A stretch of 64,000 bases of DNA from Candidatus Hermodarchaeota archaeon. Its GTDB lineage: Archaea > Asgardarchaeota > Thorarchaeia > Thorarchaeales > Thorarchaeaceae. Location of the stretch: contig JBHLLF010000008.1 in NCBI GenBank assembly GCA_048885865.1, positions 1 through 64,000 on the forward strand. The letters are read 5' to 3'. The notes below the pieces were generated by a model, which was given only the letters and a program-made list of their open reading frames with translations, was not told the DNA's origin and ran no database searches. Every line of letters begins with the position of its first letter. The first letter of the stretch is position 1. Positions 1-10,024 of the stretch are shown here, in pieces. The translations under genes and the position numbers were made by a program.

Positions 1-501
1 GAGAATGCCTTCTCTGCTCCGAAACCTGTTCAAAAGCCGCATCCTCCGATACTCATTGGGGGTGACGGAGAAAAGCGAACTCTCAAAGCAGTAGCTAATT
101 ACGCCGACTACTGTAACCTCTTCTTGCGTCCCAACTTCGAAAGAAAGCTGGATGTGCTAAGGAATCACTGCAAGGATGTAGGCAGAGACTATGACGATGT
201 CGGGAAAAGCCTCTTCGCGCAGGGATGGCCTGGCGTCTTTGTAACAAAGGATGAGGATGAGCTAGGAAACCACTGGAGGAAGAGGGCTGAGATTCTTAAT
301 CGATCTGTAGATGAGGTTGCAGAACATGCTGGCGCGAATGCTCCAGGCTCATGGGTAGGATATCCAGAGGATCTCATTGAACGGTTTGAGTATCTGGTTG
401 GCCTAGGATTTGATTTCTTCCAAGTGATGTTTATGGGTTTGAGTGAGGACTATATCAAGTCATCTCAATCATTCTATGAATGGGTCATCAAGAAGCTCTA
501 G
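1..501 (+). CDS. Luciferase-like (LLM class) flavin/F420-dependent oxidoreductase, 5'-truncated by the window edge
   Basis: Frame 1 is open from base 1 and reads ENAFSAPKPVQKPHPPILIGGDGEKRTLKAVANYADYCN. The PKPVQxPHPPIxIGG..GEKRTL motif is typical of the LLM family. It continues into the ORF listed at 124..501. Confidence 0.85.
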   Translation, partial: ENAFSAPKPVQKPHPPILIGGDGEKRTLKAVANYADYCNLFLRPNFERKLDVLRNHCKDVGRDYDDVGKSLFAQGWPGVFVTKDEDELGNHWRKRAEILNRSVDEVAEHAGANAPGSWVGYPEDLIERFEYLVGLGFDFFQVMFMGLSEDYIKSSQSFYEWVIKKL

Positions 502-584
502 GAATCTTATGATTGTACTTGGGTGACAACGCTTTTCAGGTAGTTTGCTGTGGTGTTTCCGGTGAATCACTGGATTCGCTAAAA

Positions 585-1409
585 ATGGAGGAATTGAGAA
601 AATTGTCACAAGGCTACGGAAATACGATGTTAGCCGTGGTAATGATAGTTGGCCTGTGTGTTGGACTTGGGGTCGGCTTTTTCATACCGGGGCTACTCGG
701 ACCGCCTGCAGAGGTCCAAGATGACTATGACATAATCATGGACCGTGGTACGATTATAGTCGGAACCAACTCAGGTTGGCCGCCATTTGAAATGGTCAAT
801 ACGACCACAAATGAATTGGAAGGATTTGATATAGATCTTGCAGAATACGTCGCCGCAGATATGGGAGTCACAGTAGATTGGATTGACATGGACTTTGACG
901 CCCTAATTGCTGCGTGCGAGGGCGGAACCATCGATATGATTGCGTCAGCGACGTTCATCACCAGAGCGCGTTCAGAAGTGCTCCAGCCACTCGTGTGGTA
1001 CATTCGAACAAATGAAGTCATAGTGGTCAGCGCTAATTCAACCCTTGAGATAGACCAGCTCTCAGACCTTGTTGGTTACAATGTTGGAGTTCAGACTGGA
1101 ACAACAGAGGATGAGGGACTATCCGATATTGCTGGCATGGAAGCCACTCTGACTAGATACACCTTGGTTGAAACCATGTTTGCAGACTTGGACACGGGTA
1201 CTCTTGACGCTGTATTCGTTGACGAGCCAATAGTTGGTCTATATGGCTCAGTCTATAGCATCAAGATAATCTTCACGAACCCTGCTCCACCAACAGCATT
1301 CTATATCAGATACGGCAGCGATAGACTTTCAGCAGCAATAAATAGTGCAATTGCTGAAGGATTCGCTGATGGAACCATCGATACTTTGATTGAAAAGTGG
1401 TTTGCGTGA
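585..1409 (+). CDS. Polar amino-acid ABC transporter substrate-binding protein (family 3) with an N-terminal membrane anchor
   Basis: RGTIIVGT..WPPFE, GFDIDLA..VA, FDALI...G.IDMI and VGVQTGTT motifs, plus a hydrophobic N-terminal segment. The start is probably ATG 585 or TTG 603 rather than 513. Confidence 0.9.
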   Translation: MEELRKLSQGYGNTMLAVVMIVGLCVGLGVGFFIPGLLGPPAEVQDDYDIIMDRGTIIVGTNSGWPPFEMVNTTTNELEGFDIDLAEYVAADMGVTVDWIDMDFDALIAACEGGTIDMIASATFITRARSEVLQPLVWYIRTNEVIVVSANSTLEIDQLSDLVGYNVGVQTGTTEDEGLSDIAGMEATLTRYTLVETMFADLDTGTLDAVFVDEPIVGLYGSVYSIKIIFTNPAPPTAFYIRYGSDRLSAAINSAIAEGFADGTIDTLIEKWFA

Positions 1410-1415
1410 TTTAAA

Positions 1416-2111
1416 ATGCAAGAGGCCCAGAATCTATTTGATATTCTCATATTAATAATGATTCGGGGCCTCCCTACCACTATGGTTCTTACCCTGCTTG
1501 CTCTATTCTTTGGTTTTGCAGTAGGAATCATCCTTGCACTTACGCGTGTCTACGGCCCAAAGCCACTGGGTTGGATCTGTCAAGGATATGAGACCATATT
1601 TCGAGGAATCCCATTACTTGTTCTGCTCATGATTTTTGGAATTGGTCTATCACGATTTTTCGCTTGGGCAGGGCCTGGAGTTGGTGCGCTGTTTGTAGGC
1701 GCGATTGTTGCGCTGGCCTTGCGAAGTGCAGCATATCAATCAGAGATATTCCGCGGGGGGATATTGTCTGTTGACCCTGGACAGATGATGGCTGCGCGTT
1801 CAGTTGGAATGAATGAACTGCAGGCAACCAGACATATCATATTGCCACAGGCATTGCGACTGTCTATGCCCGGATGGGCCAATGAATATGCAGTTGTTAT
1901 CAAGGATTCATCACTTGCTGTGTCAATCGGCGTAATGGAGATAATATACCACAGTGACGCATTCCGATGGGTCTATCCCGAGCTCTTCTTTGGAATTATA
2001 GTGGTGGTCACGATAATCTATTTTCTATTCACATATCCCGTTACGAAATACGTTGGCGAAAGCATGACTACGAAACTAAGGCAACTCGGTCTTGGAGGTG
2101 GAAGGTATTGA
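1416..2111 (+). CDS. Amino-acid ABC transporter permease (HisM/GlnP type)
   Basis: [24 protein letters not shown]-like loop [11 protein letters not shown]...ILPQA, KDSSL. Confidence 0.92.
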   Translation: MQEAQNLFDILILIMIRGLPTTMVLTLLALFFGFAVGIILALTRVYGPKPLGWICQGYETIFRGIPLLVLLMIFGIGLSRFFAWAGPGVGALFVGAIVALALRSAAYQSEIFRGGILSVDPGQMMAARSVGMNELQATRHIILPQALRLSMPGWANEYAVVIKDSSLAVSIGVMEIIYHSDAFRWVYPELFFGIIVVVTIIYFLFTYPVTKYVGESMTTKLRQLGLGGGRY

Positions 2112-2881
2112 CGAACGTTCTAGAAATAAAAGATGTATGGAAAGCATACGATCAACTTGAGGTGCTTAAGGGCATTTCATTTGACGTAGCAGAGAGAGAA
2201 GTCAAGGTGGTATTTGGTCCAAGCGGCTCAGGGAAAAGCACACTCCTGAGAGTCATTAACATGCTCACACCTCCAGACAAAGGCGAGGTATTCCTTCGTG
2301 GAGAGAGCCTCATGGCCCGTGATGCGGACCTCAGCAAACTAAGAGCACGAATAGGATTTGTGTTTCAGCACTTTAACCTCTTCGCTCATTTAAGGGCACT
2401 AGATAACGTGAGTATCGGACCACGTCTCGTCCTAGGGAAAACAAAGGAGGAAGCTCAAGAAATAGCACATAGGGCCTTGACAAGGGTCCATATGCAGGAC
2501 TGGAGCCATCACTATCCCGCTGAGTTGAGTGGAGGCCAACAGCAGCGTGTTGGCATAGCGCGGTCACTGGCTATGAATCCGGATGTCATTCTTTTCGATG
2601 AGCCGACATCAGCTCTCGATCCAGAACTAATAGGTGAAGTATTGCAGGTCATGCTTGAGCTCGCAGAAGAAGGAACAACTATGATTGTGGTCACACATGA
2701 AATGGGATTTGCCAGAGCAGTTTCCGATGAGATGATCTTCATGGACGATGGAGTTGTCGTGGAAAGAGGCACACCTCAACATTTCTTCAGAGGTCCCAAG
2801 ACAGAACGAGCAAATCGGTTCCTGCATAGACTAGAAGTTCTGTATGGCCAAGCAGAGGAGTCAAAGGACCAAAAACCGTAG
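2108..2881 (+). CDS. Amino-acid ABC transporter ATP-binding protein (GlnQ type)
   Basis: Walker [11 protein letters not shown]-loop FQHFNLF, signature LSGGQQQR, Walker [13 protein letters not shown]-loop VVTHEM. The likely start TTG 2108 overlaps the permease stop. Confidence 0.95.
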   Translation: MTNVLEIKDVWKAYDQLEVLKGISFDVAEREVKVVFGPSGSGKSTLLRVINMLTPPDKGEVFLRGESLMARDADLSKLRARIGFVFQHFNLFAHLRALDNVSIGPRLVLGKTKEEAQEIAHRALTRVHMQDWSHHYPAELSGGQQQRVGIARSLAMNPDVILFDEPTSALDPELIGEVLQVMLELAEEGTTMIVVTHEMGFARAVSDEMIFMDDGVVVERGTPQHFFRGPKTERANRFLHRLEVLYGQAEESKDQKP

Positions 2882-2904
2882 GAGGAATCCAACTGGCTTC
2901 TATA

Positions 2905-3675
2905 GTGTCATCACCCATTGGCGTGCTTCAACGTGCTCCATGGTGGGAACGAATAGCTCCGTTCTATGATGACTTAGTCAATGGATTCATGATGACGATG
3001 GGGCTCTACCTTTTCGCCATTCTGTTTGGACTTGTCCTCGCTATTTTCCTAGCGATTGCTCGACATTATGGTGGGCCAATTGTATCCAGACTTGCCACTG
3101 CATACATTGAGATCTTCAGAGGCACTCCCCTGCTAGCTCAAATCATCTTGGTTGTCTATGCACCGAATGCACTCAATCTGTTCCTTCAAAGTCAGGGATT
3201 GGCACCATTTGATTTCAGCTGGACGATATACCTTCCAGATTTTTGGGGAAATCCACAGGTAGTACTCAGCTTTCGAATTCTCCTATGTGCGATTACTTTA
3301 GGCTTAAACAGTGCTGCATACCAGGCTGAGTTCTTTCGAGGTGCCATGGGTTCCATATCCTCAGGTCAGTCACTCGCAGCTCTTTCGATTGGAATGACAA
3401 AGCGCCAAGAAATCAGGCATGTGATGCTTCCACAGAGTCTCAGACGTGCAATACCAGCTTGGACTAATGAGGCAGTGTATCTTCCCAAATACACTACAGT
3501 TGTTTACTATGTCGGAGTACAAGAGATCTTTCTTGTTTCAAGATTGATTGTTTCACGTACCTATGAGGTACTTCCAGTCTATATGATTCTCGCTGTTGTA
3601 TTCCTGGTTCTAATTAGTGCCATATCATATCTGATGAACTATCTCTATAATCGAGTCAAGATTCCTGGCATCTAG
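2905..3675 (+). CDS. Amino-acid ABC transporter permease (second subunit)
   Basis: YIEIFRGTPLLAQ, NSAAYQAEFFRG, GQSLAALSIGM...MLPQ. Confidence 0.92.
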   Translation: MSSPIGVLQRAPWWERIAPFYDDLVNGFMMTMGLYLFAILFGLVLAIFLAIARHYGGPIVSRLATAYIEIFRGTPLLAQIILVVYAPNALNLFLQSQGLAPFDFSWTIYLPDFWGNPQVVLSFRILLCAITLGLNSAAYQAEFFRGAMGSISSGQSLAALSIGMTKRQEIRHVMLPQSLRRAIPAWTNEAVYLPKYTTVVYYVGVQEIFLVSRLIVSRTYEVLPVYMILAVVFLVLISAISYLMNYLYNRVKIPGI

Positions 3676-3677
3676 AA

Positions 3678-4493
3678 CTATATGGTGCCGAATATTCCTT
3701 TCTCCTTTCTGATTTGCTCAAGGACATCCTTGTAGTTCTTACGAGCAAATTTGGCTTCTTCCAATCTCCCCAGCGACTCATACGCTTCCGCAAGAACTTT
3801 CCATCCTATTAGTGAATTTGGGGACATTTCAACAGCTCGTTTATAATAGTCAAGACCTTCATCCTTCCGACCACCGTCGAATGCAATCTGTCCCAAATAT
3901 AGAAGCAGACTATGTTCGTGGGGATCAAGTTCTCTCATCCTAAGGTAGGTCTTCTCAAGATCCTTTGTCCGTTTGAGTTTCATTTGTGCTCGAGCAAGTC
4001 CTTTCAGGATTTCATAGTCATCAGGCGCTAGGCGACTTGCTTCTTCCAGAGTGAAGACTGCCTCTTCCCAGTTCTCCATCAGATTATAGGTCATGCCTAA
4101 GAAGTACATAGACTCAATGTGTTCTGGCTTTATGGCAAGCGAGGTCTGGAGTGCTTCTACAGCATCTTGGAGGTTACTTACTTGCACATATGCATAACCA
4201 AGAGAAGACCAGAATTGATAGTTCTCAGGACTGATCTCGACGCACTTCTTGAGACTTTTCACAGCATCCTTTGGTTTATTCTTCTGCAAATGCAACTCTG
4301 CAAGTTTGCTTAGCGCAAGTGTATTGTCTTTTTCTATCTTAAGGCATCTCTTGAACGCTTTTTCTGCATCGCCAAGCCTATTCAAGGAGAGGCATGCCTC
4401 GCCAAGAAGAAGCCATCTCTCAATGTCTTCGGGATGTTGCTGGAGTTGGTTCAGCAGATTCTTGATTTCTTCTTCTGTATCTTGAATAGTCAT
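3678..4493 (-). CDS. Tetratricopeptide repeat protein
   Basis: About seven 34-aa repeats with the pattern W..LG..Y......A...(F/L)..AL...P. Confidence 0.88.
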   Translation of the reverse strand: MTIQDTEEEIKNLLNQLQQHPEDIERWLLLGEACLSLNRLGDAEKAFKRCLKIEKDNTLALSKLAELHLQKNKPKDAVKSLKKCVEISPENYQFWSSLGYAYVQVSNLQDAVEALQTSLAIKPEHIESMYFLGMTYNLMENWEEAVFTLEEASRLAPDDYEILKGLARAQMKLKRTKDLEKTYLRMRELDPHEHSLLLYLGQIAFDGGRKDEGLDYYKRAVEMSPNSLIGWKVLAEAYESLGRLEEAKFARKNYKDVLEQIRKEKGIFGTI

Positions 4494-4691
4494 TAGTCCA
4501 CATCAGCATTATCTGGGTCATAAGGGTAATCAGTGTTCTGCTGCCAATAGGCCAAAAAAGGGACGTCTCCCCATTTGGGCGATAGTCTTCAGATTTGGAG
4601 TGAAGTTGGCAGGACTTGGGCATCTACTTCTCCTATTCTTACTTTAATGCGACAATTCATTAGATTTCATCGAGCAGCCTCCAAACGCATC

Positions 4692-5510
4692 ATGACATCT
4701 TCAATTATTGAGTGGACTTCTCCTGACAAGGCTCGAGCAAAAGAAATCTTCAAATCTGTTGAGCCATATCGTGCGATTATTTTCGGTTCAATCGAGCATG
4801 GACGCGCAAAGATACATGTTGATTCCATAGATGACCCGAAGGTGGGTTGGTGGTCTTTCAGTTTCCTGAACGCTGTAGCTGGAAACAGCGACTCCGATTC
4901 AGCCAAGTACATCATTGAGCAGTTCCCCTACATGATGATCCTATGCGTTCCTGACAAGAGCTGGGAAGGCCTTGTGAGGTCAACATGGGGTGAGCATCTA
5001 TATGTGATGCCTCGCACACGGCTCTCGGAAAAGACACTCGACATCAATCATCTTCGCCAGTTGAAGAAATCCCTACCTGAAGGTTTCACGCTTCAGCAAG
5101 TGGATCGCGAGTCGCTAGAAAACCTCGCTGACAGAAAGATGGCGTATCATATCACTCAATTCTTTGGCACGCCAGAAGACTTTCTTGAGAACGGTTTTGG
5201 ATTCTGCATCAGGCATGGAGAGAAGGTAGTCAGTATGGCTTCGACTTTTACTCCTTATTCTGACGCGATTGAGATTGAGATTGAAACACTCGATTCTCCT
5301 GAATACAGAAGGAAGGGCTTGGCAACAGTTGTTGGAGCAGCTTTGCTTGAGCACGCGTTAGACAACGGAATAACTCCCTATTGGGACGCTCAGACACAGA
5401 TCTCCGTCAAATTAGCTCAGAAACTGGGATACACAAATCCAGAATCGTATGAATTATTCATTCGTGTGAAGCCCGAGGATAAGGAGAAAATAATCGCAGC
5501 CCTTGGCTAG
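4692..5510 (+). CDS. GNAT family N-acetyltransferase
   Basis: C-terminal EIEIET...EYRRKGLATVVGAALL (acetyl-CoA motif A) and PYWDA....SVKLAQKLGY. The start is probably ATG 4692. Confidence 0.85.
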   Translation: MTSSIIEWTSPDKARAKEIFKSVEPYRAIIFGSIEHGRAKIHVDSIDDPKVGWWSFSFLNAVAGNSDSDSAKYIIEQFPYMMILCVPDKSWEGLVRSTWGEHLYVMPRTRLSEKTLDINHLRQLKKSLPEGFTLQQVDRESLENLADRKMAYHITQFFGTPEDFLENGFGFCIRHGEKVVSMASTFTPYSDAIEIEIETLDSPEYRRKGLATVVGAALLEHALDNGITPYWDAQTQISVKLAQKLGYTNPESYELFIRVKPEDKEKIIAALG

Positions 5511-5632
5511 ATTCCAATAGCCCTTCATTAGGCGCCAACTAAAGGATTTTCGATTTCGATTTTCCGCATATTTCCTTAGTTTTATTAGAATTCCATGAGA
5601 GTTTCTTAGCAAGTGTATATCGGTGTAATACG

Positions 5633-6013
5633 TTGCCTGATACAAGGAAGCTGACTGAAAAGCCAAATCCAATCGAGTTAGACATTATCAGATCCTTTGG
5701 CTGGTCAATCATTGAAACCGAACTTATTCTATTCGAGAGATACGTAAAGCTCTCATCATTCCGGTCTCTCACAACAATCAAGGGCTTCAAGAAATATCTC
5801 AATGAAATGGTTGCTAAAGGATACTTAACACAAGAAACCCTTCACGGCCAGAGGGCTTACAGACGGCTTTTGCTTGAAGAGGATCTGCACGAAACCATCT
5901 CGCCCAGATTCCCCTTGGATGAGATGCGATTGGTCTTGGGAGCTCGTGAAGCAAAGAAGAAGGAACAACGATTTCGTAAATGGCTCGGGAGCCGCTCAGC
6001 TCCCAGTAGCTAG
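5633..6013 (+). CDS. Hypothetical protein, possibly with a winged-helix fold
   Basis: GGTG SD 7 nt before TTG. FKKYLNEMVAKGYLTQETLHGQRAYR resembles a recognition helix plus wing. Confidence 0.5.
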   Translation: MPDTRKLTEKPNPIELDIIRSFGWSIIETELILFERYVKLSSFRSLTTIKGFKKYLNEMVAKGYLTQETLHGQRAYRRLLLEEDLHETISPRFPLDEMRLVLGAREAKKKEQRFRKWLGSRSAPSS

Positions 6014-6074
6014 AATAATAAGCAGAAATCGAGACCTTAATATTCACTATTGTTAATATGTCGCCTTGATTAAA

Positions 6075-6443
6075 ATGGGGCGCGTAGTTCATTTTGAAAT
6101 AGTGGCTGATGATGCAGAACGCATCTCTAAGTTCTATAAGACTGTCTTCAACTGGAAGGTCCAGAAATGGGAAGGTCCAATGGATTACTGGTTTCTGATG
6201 ACTGGTGATGAGAAGGAGCCGGGAATTGATGGAGCCTTTGGAATTCGTCAGAGTCCTGATGATGTGGTCGTGAACACAATCGATGTTGACGATGTTGACA
6301 AGTATGTCAAACTAGTCGAAGAGAATGGCGGCGAGATAGTTCGACCAAAACAGGTCATTCCTGGAGTTGGATATCTGGCCTACTTCAAAGACACGGAAGG
6401 CAATCTCTGGGGTATGATGAAGGACGATCCTGAAGCAAAGTAG
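6075..6443 (+). CDS. VOC (glyoxalase/bleomycin-resistance) family protein
   Basis: VVHFEI.ADD.ER...FY..VF.W, IDVDDVD, GG.IV.PK..IPGVG..AYFKDTEGN. Confidence 0.92.
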   Translation: MGRVVHFEIVADDAERISKFYKTVFNWKVQKWEGPMDYWFLMTGDEKEPGIDGAFGIRQSPDDVVVNTIDVDDVDKYVKLVEENGGEIVRPKQVIPGVGYLAYFKDTEGNLWGMMKDDPEAK

Positions 6444-6480
6444 TTAACCTTTTCATCATGGCCGCCTAGCTCCACCATAT

Positions 6481-8661
6481 ATGACATTGTCTGAGTCTAG
6501 CAGCTTGGCCTGGGAGTTGGTTCGCGAGCAGAGGGAGGCCTCCGCACATTTAGCAGAGGACGATAAACACCTAGTAGCATTTATTCCCGAAATTGCTCGA
6601 CTTGCTGCATTGAATCGAGCTGTCCAAGCCTGGACTCGAAATTCGTATTTGAAGATCTCTCATGCCAAGAGGCTAATTTTCAAGACTCCCACTATGGCGG
6701 TAGGGCAGGAGCGTGTAATTAGGAATCGTGTGCATGATTCTGCTCGGGAGATATTATCCAATCAAGAATCAAGTAACACTGAGGACCACATAGGGGCTCT
6801 GTCCACAGATGACTTCTTAGAGCTAATTGCACATATTCACTCCATAGGCTCCTATCATCTACCTAACGATTACAGTTCCACTCTCCCACAAAAAGTTCTA
6901 GGTGCTTACTATACGCCTCGAGAGGTTTCTGATTACATTGCTGATCTAACACTCAGTCCAATAATCAAAAGCAAGGCCAAGAAAGACGACAAAGACGCTC
7001 TTGGAGAGAACATGAAGATAATTGATCCAGCTTGCGGACCCGGAGTCTTCCTGCTATCAGCAATTCGCACCTGTTGTAAGCAATTCCCGAAGATGTCACC
7101 CAGCGATGTAGCTGAAGCAATGAGGCCCAATTTATACGGCGTAGATTTGGATGGAGCTGCACTTGAGATTGCTGACATATCATTGGCAATTCTCTGCAGA
7201 GAGCAGATTGGTAATTCTTGGACATCCTGTTTTGGACTGACTCTGAAAGAAGGCAACTCCTTGATTTCACTGAATGGTTGGAATGGGTCGGAGAATCATG
7301 AAAGCTATTTCAAGGACCCAGAATCCCGCAACTCATTTGAGTGGCGGTCCCAATTCCCGACTGTTTTCGATGAAGGAGGTGGGTTCGATGCATTGCTGAT
7401 GAATCCACCCTATGAGCGACTGAAGCCAAACTTTGCTGAGTTCATGCGTGAGCGATTATTATCAGGCAGTAGGAAAGTTCATTCAGAAGAATTCGAGCAC
7501 TATAAGGCTCGACTCCTAGAGGACCTGCAATATTATAGAAAATCAGGAGAGTACTCGTTGGCTAACAAGCATACTCTAGATACCTACAGACTGTTTATCG
7601 AGAGGTCTCTAAGTCTAGTAAGGCGAGGGGGAGCAATTGGCTTCATAGTACCTTCGACCGTGTTAGGTGATCTCTCTGCGGAAAAGCTACGTCGCTCGCT
7701 TCTATTGGAGAATTCGGTCAAGGTTGTGAATGACTTTCCAGAAGGCAACAATCTCTTCGCGAATGTCACTCAATCAGTAACGATTATTTCATTGAAGAGA
7801 GGAGGAACCACGAAGAAGCTCAAGGCGGCCTTTGCGCTTTCATCAATGATTGATGCTCGTAGTAAAAGGAGCTACACCATTGAGGTTGGCAAGCTTCCTA
7901 CTTCTTTGCGAAAATCGATGGTAGTTCCCCGAATTAATAGAGATGAATGGCAGGTTTTAGCGAAAAATCACGCAAACCCAACACTCGACTCACTTGAATG
8001 GCTCTCCAACAAAAGAGGGGAGTTCGACCTTACTCTCCACAAGAGATACATTTCCAGCAAAGGTGCTCGTCTATTGAGAGGTTCTCACATTGGTAGGTAT
8101 ACATTGAGACCCGGCAGACGTAGACCTGAAGAATATGTAGACCTTGTTTCCTTCCACGCAAGCATTGGTTCCTCAACAAGGATTGAAGACTCCCAGAGGC
8201 CTAGAATCGCTTGCCAGCAGATATCTAATAGAAACCAAAGATGGAGACTTAAGTTCGCACCTGTAGATCCTGGTGTTGTTTTAGCCAATTCGTGCAACTA
8301 TATCGTGCTTTCGCATGATTCTGACCCCAAGCTGCTAGATTATCTCCTCGGCGTAATGAACTCTGAGCTATTGAATTGGAGGTTCGATATCACTAGCACA
8401 AATAATCACGTTTCGAATCGTGAATTGTCTGGCCTTCCTCTTCCCCTCTCTCCACCTTTGGAACTTGTGAAAGAGATAGGGCATAAAGCGAGAGAATGCT
8501 CCCGCAATGAAGGAATCTACGATCCTCAATTGGAGGCTCTCATTTTCCTATTATATGGTATAAAGCCGAGCAGCGCAAAACGAGTACTTTCCAATAGAGG
8601 CGCATCCACAGACGAATTAGCGAGTGTCCTCTCCGTGTTACAAGGGCTCATGAATCGCTGA
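6481..8661 (+). CDS. N6-adenine DNA methyltransferase (gamma class, Eco57I/Alw26I-Eco31I-like) with a C-terminal target-recognition domain
   Basis: GAYYTP (motif X), IIDPACGPGVFL (motif I), GFDALLMNPPY (motif IV), LFIER, and a TaqI-C-like C-terminus (YLLGVMNSELLNWRF). Confidence 0.88.
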   Translation: MTLSESSSLAWELVREQREASAHLAEDDKHLVAFIPEIARLAALNRAVQAWTRNSYLKISHAKRLIFKTPTMAVGQERVIRNRVHDSAREILSNQESSNTEDHIGALSTDDFLELIAHIHSIGSYHLPNDYSSTLPQKVLGAYYTPREVSDYIADLTLSPIIKSKAKKDDKDALGENMKIIDPACGPGVFLLSAIRTCCKQFPKMSPSDVAEAMRPNLYGVDLDGAALEIADISLAILCREQIGNSWTSCFGLTLKEGNSLISLNGWNGSENHESYFKDPESRNSFEWRSQFPTVFDEGGGFDALLMNPPYERLKPNFAEFMRERLLSGSRKVHSEEFEHYKARLLEDLQYYRKSGEYSLANKHTLDTYRLFIERSLSLVRRGGAIGFIVPSTVLGDLSAEKLRRSLLLENSVKVVNDFPEGNNLFANVTQSVTIISLKRGGTTKKLKAAFALSSMIDARSKRSYTIEVGKLPTSLRKSMVVPRINRDEWQVLAKNHANPTLDSLEWLSNKRGEFDLTLHKRYISSKGARLLRGSHIGRYTLRPGRRRPEEYVDLVSFHASIGSSTRIEDSQRPRIACQQISNRNQRWRLKFAPVDPGVVLANSCNYIVLSHDSDPKLLDYLLGVMNSELLNWRFDITSTNNHVSNRELSGLPLPLSPPLELVKEIGHKARECSRNEGIYDPQLEALIFLLYGIKPSSAKRVLSNRGASTDELASVLSVLQGLMNR

Positions 8662-8722
8662 GATTACTTCTCCACCGAACTGCGTTCGATTTAGCTATGC
8701 AGTTGTATATCGGTGAAACCGG

Positions 8723-9952
8723 ATGGGAATTGCTACTTCCGAGTACATCAGCAAGCAGTCCTCAGAAGAGATGCTTTACAACCATGTCTGTGCTAAGCTA
8801 AGCGAATTTGACATGGAAGTTATACGTACAGTCCGTCCGGGAGGAAATTGGAAGGACATCCCGCTAAACATAGCACGGAAATCAGCTCGCCTCAGTCAGA
8901 TACGAGCATCGGGAGGGCGCACAACATACTATGGTCGGCTGAGTGAGGACCTTCCGAGCTATACAATCAATACATACTTCAATCGACCAGGAAATGGGAC
9001 ATTCATTCATCCAGTGCAAGACAGATTAATCTCGATTCGAGAAGCAGCACGGCTCCAATCATTTCCTGATACTTACAGATTTCTAGGTAGTACAACTTCC
9101 ATGTACAAGCAAATCGGGAATGCAGTACCTCCTTTGCTTGCTTGTGCATTAGGAGAGCAAATCAAACCAGGAATCGTTGCTGATTTATTCTCAGGAGCTG
9201 GGGGTCTCTCAGAAGGACTTTCTCAGGCTGGCCATTCGGTCATTCTTGCTTCTGACTTCAATCTAAAGATGTGTGAAACCCACAAGCATAACCATCCTGA
9301 GACCACTGTACTCTGTTCTGACCTATCTAAGGAAGACAGCCCCAGAGAGATCGCAGAGGAGATTGAGGTTGCGTCCAGGGGAAAGAACCTGCGAATGATA
9401 GCTGGTGGCCCACCGTGCCAAGGCTTCTCAACTGCTGGGAAATGGAATTGCCTTGATGCACGGAATCAACTATTTCTTCCATTCATGGAAGTCGTTGAGA
9501 GAATGATGCCTGACTATGTGTTGATTGAAAATGTACCAGGTATTCAGTGGATGAAGAATGGAGGAATTCTCAAGAATATGCTCGCTCTTCTGAACGGACT
9601 CGAGTATGCAACATCAATTCATCTGCTAAGGGCTGAAGAATTCGGTGTTCCTCAAAGAAGACGTAGAGTGTTCATTCTTGGGTCAAGACAGGGAGCTGAC
9701 TTCAAGCCGCCCTTAGCTCACTTCTATTCGTTGGAACGTGGAAAGAGATATTCAGAGACCATGAGCAATAATGAATTAGCATCACCCGTGACTGTTGGAG
9801 AAGCTATCATGGATCTCCCCCCAATTCCTTCAGGAGGCGGGGTGCATGTTTCCAATTATGAGAGAAATGGGCATGCAAGTGTGTACCAGAGTCTTATGCG
9901 AGGGCGGATAACGAGAACCAAATTTCTGGAAGGGAGAGCTAGGGAAGACTGA
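8723..9952 (+). CDS. C5-cytosine DNA methyltransferase, circularly permuted (TRD-IX-X-I...VIII)
   Basis: RLISIREAARLQSFPD (IX) and YKQIGNAVPP (X) come before DLFSGAGG (I), GGPPCQGFS (IV), ENV (VI) and PQRRRRVF (VIII). Confidence 0.93.
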   Translation: MGIATSEYISKQSSEEMLYNHVCAKLSEFDMEVIRTVRPGGNWKDIPLNIARKSARLSQIRASGGRTTYYGRLSEDLPSYTINTYFNRPGNGTFIHPVQDRLISIREAARLQSFPDTYRFLGSTTSMYKQIGNAVPPLLACALGEQIKPGIVADLFSGAGGLSEGLSQAGHSVILASDFNLKMCETHKHNHPETTVLCSDLSKEDSPREIAEEIEVASRGKNLRMIAGGPPCQGFSTAGKWNCLDARNQLFLPFMEVVERMMPDYVLIENVPGIQWMKNGGILKNMLALLNGLEYATSIHLLRAEEFGVPQRRRRVFILGSRQGADFKPPLAHFYSLERGKRYSETMSNNELASPVTVGEAIMDLPPIPSGGGVHVSNYERNGHASVYQSLMRGRITRTKFLEGRARED

Positions 9953-10024
9953 TTTATCACCAATCCCACGCTCTTGAGCACCACTGACAGTGAATTTCAG
10001 ACAAGACTGGAGGAATTTCTAAGA

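Noticed and set aside
1967-2107. N-terminal extensions given by the ORF track (1967, 513, 4575, 9974, 56714)
   Set aside because: The extensions overlap upstream genes or lack homology-like sequence. Downstream starts with SD motifs or family-typical N-termini fit better.
585-3675. Functional link between the amino-acid ABC transporter and the GATOR1-like proteins (amino-acid sensing)
   Set aside because: They are separated by more than 6 kb of unrelated genes, so proximity alone is not evidence.
8640-8730. Frameshifted or read-through fusion of the m6A and m5C methyltransferases (as in fused Alw26I-type enzymes)
   Set aside because: The genes are in different frames with a 61-bp gap, and the second gene has its own GGTG SD and ATG. 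Two separate genes, as in Eco31I-type systems, is the simpler reading.
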